In this document: piece by piece, positions 60,356 through 64,000 of the stretch
Layout: each line of letters starts with the position of its first letter
Numbering within the stretch: position 1 is the stretch's first letter
Assembly (NCBI GenBank): GCA_963205245.1
Contig: CAUJIB010000007.1
Span: 446-64,445, forward strand
Origin: Pseudomonadota bacterium
GTDB lineage: Bacteria; Pseudomonadota; Alphaproteobacteria; Rickettsiales; SXRF01
Direction of reading: 5' to 3'
DNA length: 64,000 nt
Translations under genes and position numbers: made by a program
The notes under the pieces: generated by a model
Database searches by the model: none
What the model saw: the letters and a program-made list of their open reading frames with translations, nothing else
Told to the model about the DNA's origin: nothing

Positions 60356-61348
60356 ATGATTGGTTTTATTCTTTCAACTTTTGATATTTTAAGCGGCACT
60401 ATCGCTGGAGTTTGGCTGGCATATAAAGGCGAATGGAATTATTTGATTTTAAGCCTTTTGTTTTTCTTTACATCTGGTTTTGTTTTAAGGCTGCTAATAA
60501 CACCAGTTGTAATCTTTGCTGTTCCTGCATCAAGAGCAGAAGAGAATGGCAGTTATGGGCTATCTTACTTTCTTAGATTGCTAGCATCATTATGGATTCA
60601 TATTGCAATTACGATATGGTGCTTAACTATATTCTTTGTCTTTGCCAATAATACTCCAAAGGAATTATTGATACTGGTTTTGGTATGGTCATATTCTGTA
60701 GCTAATAACCCTATTAAGGAAATGGCATGGAAAGAATCTAAGCAAGGTGACGGTGGTGATATATTGACGTTAGCTATATTTTCTTCCTTAGCTTATATTA
60801 CCATATCTGTATTGAAAATTTCTAGCCATTACTCAATGGCAGAGTTGATAGCAGTATATGCCTCATTCATTATATTTGGGTACTTTGTAGTCATATTTAA
60901 TGCTTACAGAAAGCCATCGGCAAATAACCAAACACCTCAATTTAAAGCTGGTAGTTCTGTGGTGTACCCTTCGCATGGGATAGGCAAAATAATCTCGGAT
61001 GAAATACAGATGATAGGAGATATTGAACTTCGTATGCTGGTTATTACTTTTGAAAAGGATAATACCACTCTTCGTATCCCTTTATCCCGTGCCTTTGATG
61101 CTGGTTTAAGACCAATAAAAACGGAAAAAGATAAGAAAAATATAGATTATGCTTGGTTTATAAATGTAATCTTAGCTGTATTTCTAATCGGTTCTGTATT
61201 GACGTATTATGAGAATACACAGAAGAAATTAGAAAAATCTAGTCCTGACAAGGTGTCATTTAATTGGACTAAAGACAAAATTGTTGGTGACAGCGATATG
61301 ATTAAAGATATGCTCTCGGTTGATAAGTTTCATAAGGGGCAGGATTAG
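60356..61348 (+). CDS. polytopic membrane protein with embedded CarD/CdnL/TRCF-type RNAP-interacting-like domain
   Basis: About 5-6 N-terminal TM segments, then FKAGSSVVYPSHGIGKIISDEIQMIGDIELRMLVITFEKDNTTLRIPLSRAFDAGLRPI (60941-61117), then one further TM. Confidence 0.55.
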   Translation: MIGFILSTFDILSGTIAGVWLAYKGEWNYLILSLLFFFTSGFVLRLLITPVVIFAVPASRAEENGSYGLSYFLRLLASLWIHIAITIWCLTIFFVFANNTPKELLILVLVWSYSVANNPIKEMAWKESKQGDGGDILTLAIFSSLAYITISVLKISSHYSMAELIAVYASFIIFGYFVVIFNAYRKPSANNQTPQFKAGSSVVYPSHGIGKIISDEIQMIGDIELRMLVITFEKDNTTLRIPLSRAFDAGLRPIKTEKDKKNIDYAWFINVILAVFLIGSVLTYYENTQKKLEKSSPDKVSFNWTKDKIVGDSDMIKDMLSVDKFHKGQD

Positions 61349-61894
61349 ATATATCTTCCTCTTTTAGTGCTATTAATTCCTAAAATCGCAGTAGTGCTAT
61401 ATGTGCCCTTTAAACGCATTTAAATGCCTGTTTCAGAGGAGTTAGTTAATTAATATGGTAGTTGTATGAAATCCAATTAAGCCTCTGTAATGGCTTGTTT
61501 AACGCCTTAAAATTGATATTAAGTAAACTCGGTTAATATTTGTTAATAGTATGGATTTAATCCCACCTATTAGCCTATCTTTATGGGTAATATTTTAGAC
61601 TATAAATGGCTCTCAATAATGGTTACAGAGTTTTTTGTATGAGTATATGGAATACCACTAGGTTATTATTAATAAGTAGTAATAGGCATAACCCTTTACC
61701 TATAGTTTTACCTTAAGGATGCTTTAAGTAATACCTACAGGAAACTTAAGGTCAGAGTATCCTACTTGTAGGGATATATTTAGTAATATAATATTCTTTA
61801 AACAATGTTTTAATGGTAGTTATAGTCAGCCGTAATGTTTATAGGGCAAACAATAACCCACTTATATTACCTTTAGGAGTACGGATTAACTTCA

Positions 61895-63412
61895 CTACTC
61901 TTTGGTAATTATGGGAGCTTTATCAACCTTCATTATTTTACGGTATGAATGTTCCATAAGTTCTCTAAGTTCAGCTTCATATTTAGCATCGCAAATAAAA
62001 CTATCATGGAGGCATAATATAGGCTTTCCTGATGCTGTCATAGATTTGATTATAAGTTCTGCTATTTGTGAATCCTTATTTTGTAGTTTAATACCAACCC
62101 CAGTAGATAAATACTTTGCTATAGGGGAGTTATGGGATTGGAACTGTTTATCAAGTAGTTTTAGGTTTTCAATATTCTTTATATTATCGTCACTAGGGAA
62201 TCTATTACCTTTAGTAGTCACATCCTTTTCAATAGCTTTTTCTAGTGCTCCCCATGCCTCACCGTCATCAGAAGCATTAAGCCGTATTAGAAGCATTTCT
62301 TTTAGGAGATTACGGATTTTCTTTTTATCAGGATGATTGTCATAGTTAGGAAGAGTATAAGGGTCAAAACCATCTACCCATTCAGCATCTTCCATTTGGT
62401 ATAGCATAAACGGATGGTATGCCTTGAAATCAAGCTCTATAGTAGGCTGACCATTTATAGTTATACCTTTACGGTCATTCTTTTTAATATCAAATTGCCA
62501 CCAACCACCATAAAACCTTCCTCCATTAGTCCATTTCTCATTATTGAAAACACGGTAGACTAATTTACTACCCCAAGCACATCTTAACTTATAATTGGAG
62601 TCAGTGTGGCTAATATCGGATTGGTGTAAAAGGGCATTATAATCACGCAATATGATACGCATCTTTTTTGTTTTTTCAGTATATGTATAATCAATCAAAG
62701 GCTTTATTTTCAGTTCGTTCTCAGGAGCTTTAAACTCTACAAATTCTTGTTTACGGTGAGGTATAAAACTAAGGTAAACATCAGAGAATGCTATAAGGTA
62801 TTTATCTACCAGCTTATCAGTAGCTTTCATTCTTGAAACTATACTATTGCTTCTTCCTGCGAATGCTTTTCTATCATGGAAGCCCATCTCATTACTAATA
62901 TAACCAAGCTCAGATAGGCTATCCACAACGAAGATAAAATATTTATAACTAAAACCAGATTTACGGTAGCGTACAGGAATATTAATACGATTTATATCCC
63001 GTGAATAAGAAAGCCAATATTCCCTGCCTCGTAATACTCGTACACACTGTAAATTAATTAGAACAATTTTAGTAACCGCAAATATTTGGTCTTTTTTATA
63101 TCTGGTGGATTGAGAATTTATATCAAGTTCAGAACATAACCTATCTACTGACTGGTCAATTTCTGGGTTTTCATACCATTCATCTTGATTGAAAGAGCCA
63201 CGTTTTTTATAAGAATCTTCTTTTTCCTGAGACTCAATATACATTTCCAGCATTTCTGGGCTATTAAGCCATGTATCAAATTCTTCTCTTTTCCTTTTTA
63301 TATAGTCTGCTTCTTGTGACTCTTCGCCATCATCAAGCATATTTAGCATTTCTTCATCAGTGTAGTCATCTAGAGGTATTGTCGTATTATCTGCCATATA
63401 TATTCCCATCAA
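61895..63412 (-). CDS. hypothetical protein with family-A/T7-like polymerase palm-fingers motifs
   Basis: TNGGRFY (GGRFY at 62510-62524), ELDFKAYHP (D328), RNLLK (R367/K371) and LHDSF (61997-62008), in the order and spacing of the TGR / A / B / C motifs. Confidence 0.45.
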   Translation of the reverse strand: MMGIYMADNTTIPLDDYTDEEMLNMLDDGEESQEADYIKRKREEFDTWLNSPEMLEMYIESQEKEDSYKKRGSFNQDEWYENPEIDQSVDRLCSELDINSQSTRYKKDQIFAVTKIVLINLQCVRVLRGREYWLSYSRDINRINIPVRYRKSGFSYKYFIFVVDSLSELGYISNEMGFHDRKAFAGRSNSIVSRMKATDKLVDKYLIAFSDVYLSFIPHRKQEFVEFKAPENELKIKPLIDYTYTEKTKKMRIILRDYNALLHQSDISHTDSNYKLRCAWGSKLVYRVFNNEKWTNGGRFYGGWWQFDIKKNDRKGITINGQPTIELDFKAYHPFMLYQMEDAEWVDGFDPYTLPNYDNHPDKKKIRNLLKEMLLIRLNASDDGEAWGALEKAIEKDVTTKGNRFPSDDNIKNIENLKLLDKQFQSHNSPIAKYLSTGVGIKLQNKDSQIAELIIKSMTASGKPILCLHDSFICDAKYEAELRELMEHSYRKIMKVDKAPIITKE

Positions 63413-64000
63413 TAAACTTGGTTAGGCTTTCAGGATTAATCAGCAAATCAACCAGTTTAGTTTCACTTGTTACAGGTTCTTTTAGCAATCGTTTAGATAG
63501 TGGCAATCCCTCAGGGTAATCAATGATATTTTCCTTAATTTCTTTATCTAAAACATACCATGTGTTTTTGCCTTCTAGCTTATAGTAACAAGTTACACCA
63601 TCAGGTGAGTATATAGCTTTATTCAAGTAAAATTCTATCATCTGATGTTTATCAATTTCTTGCTTACTTGCTTTACCCCTATCAGTATCAATCAGTTTAC
63701 TAGAGCTTATGGGAGGCATTATAGGCTGTTGGTTATGCCCTCTTTTCATACATGATAGTAAGGCGTGTTTGTTATTCCCAACAACTATTTCATAATGAAT
63801 CCATCTATCACCAAAATGTTTACTAGCAATACGGTTATATGCTTCTGCCAGTGATAAAGCCTGCATTTGTTCTTTTACCAACACGCTCTTTGGTTTTGAT
63901 GCAGGGGAAATCACAGCTATTTGTTGAGTAGCATTGTATAAGGCAGGATTTAAAGCGTAGTTGGTTTTTATGTAATAACTACTCAAATCTATTGGAATGA
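63387..64000 (-). CDS. hypothetical protein (frame stays open to the window edge, 5-prime end possibly missing)
   Basis: The tracked ORF starts at a TTG at 63986, but no upstream stop occurs before position 64000. Overlaps the polymerase-like ORF. Confidence 0.4.
   Translation of the reverse strand, partial: IPIDLSSYYIKTNYALNPALYNATQQIAVISPASKPKSVLVKEQMQALSLAEAYNRIASKHFGDRWIHYEIVVGNNKHALLSCMKRGHNQQPIMPPISSSKLIDTDRGKASKQEIDKHQMIEFYLNKAIYSPDGVTCYYKLEGKNTWYVLDKEIKENIIDYPEGLPLSKRLLKEPVTSETKLVDLLINPESLTKFIDGNIYGR

Overview
Low-G+C chromosome segment (spot counts on single 60-nt lines read about 35% G+C) with alphaproteobacterial gene content and order: mdh-sucC-sucD-sucA, a UPF0262 gene next to hisD-hisG, and murA, dapB, rnhA, tsaC, metF, mlaA/mlaC. 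The style resembles a host-associated Rickettsiales/Holosporales-like lineage, but the taxon cannot be fixed from the sequence alone. The backbone also carries a Wzy-type polysaccharide locus (about 12-22.9 kb), a lone secretin operon, tRNA-Tyr and tRNA-Arg. Two accessory segments stand out. (1) Directly after tRNA-Arg(CCG) lies an about 12.3 kb block that is visibly more G+C rich (about 50% on spot counts; 33965-46305). It carries an fnr/fixK-type regulator, three TTGAT-N4-ATCAA boxes and a complete ccoNOQP-ccoGHIS cbb3 oxidase set. It is bounded by a broken large serine recombinase and a broken Res-type helicase/nuclease, and several of its genes carry nonsense or frameshift lesions. I read it as a horizontally acquired, partly decaying microaerobic-respiration island. 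(2) From about 55.9 kb to the window end is an orphan-rich segment. It holds a three-gene Mrr-like nuclease / small helical protein / coiled-coil ABC-SMC ATPase operon (Lamassu type II or ABC-3C architecture). It also holds an XRE regulator, a multi-pass membrane protein with an embedded CarD/CdnL-like RNAP-interaction domain, and a 505-aa ORF with family-A/T7-like polymerase motifs. Other points are two diverged paralogues of an uncharacterised QueC-like PP-loop protein, each next to accessory DNA, and a highly conserved dcd gene interrupted by one in-frame TAA. No CRISPR array, rRNA gene or recognisable IS/transposase was seen.
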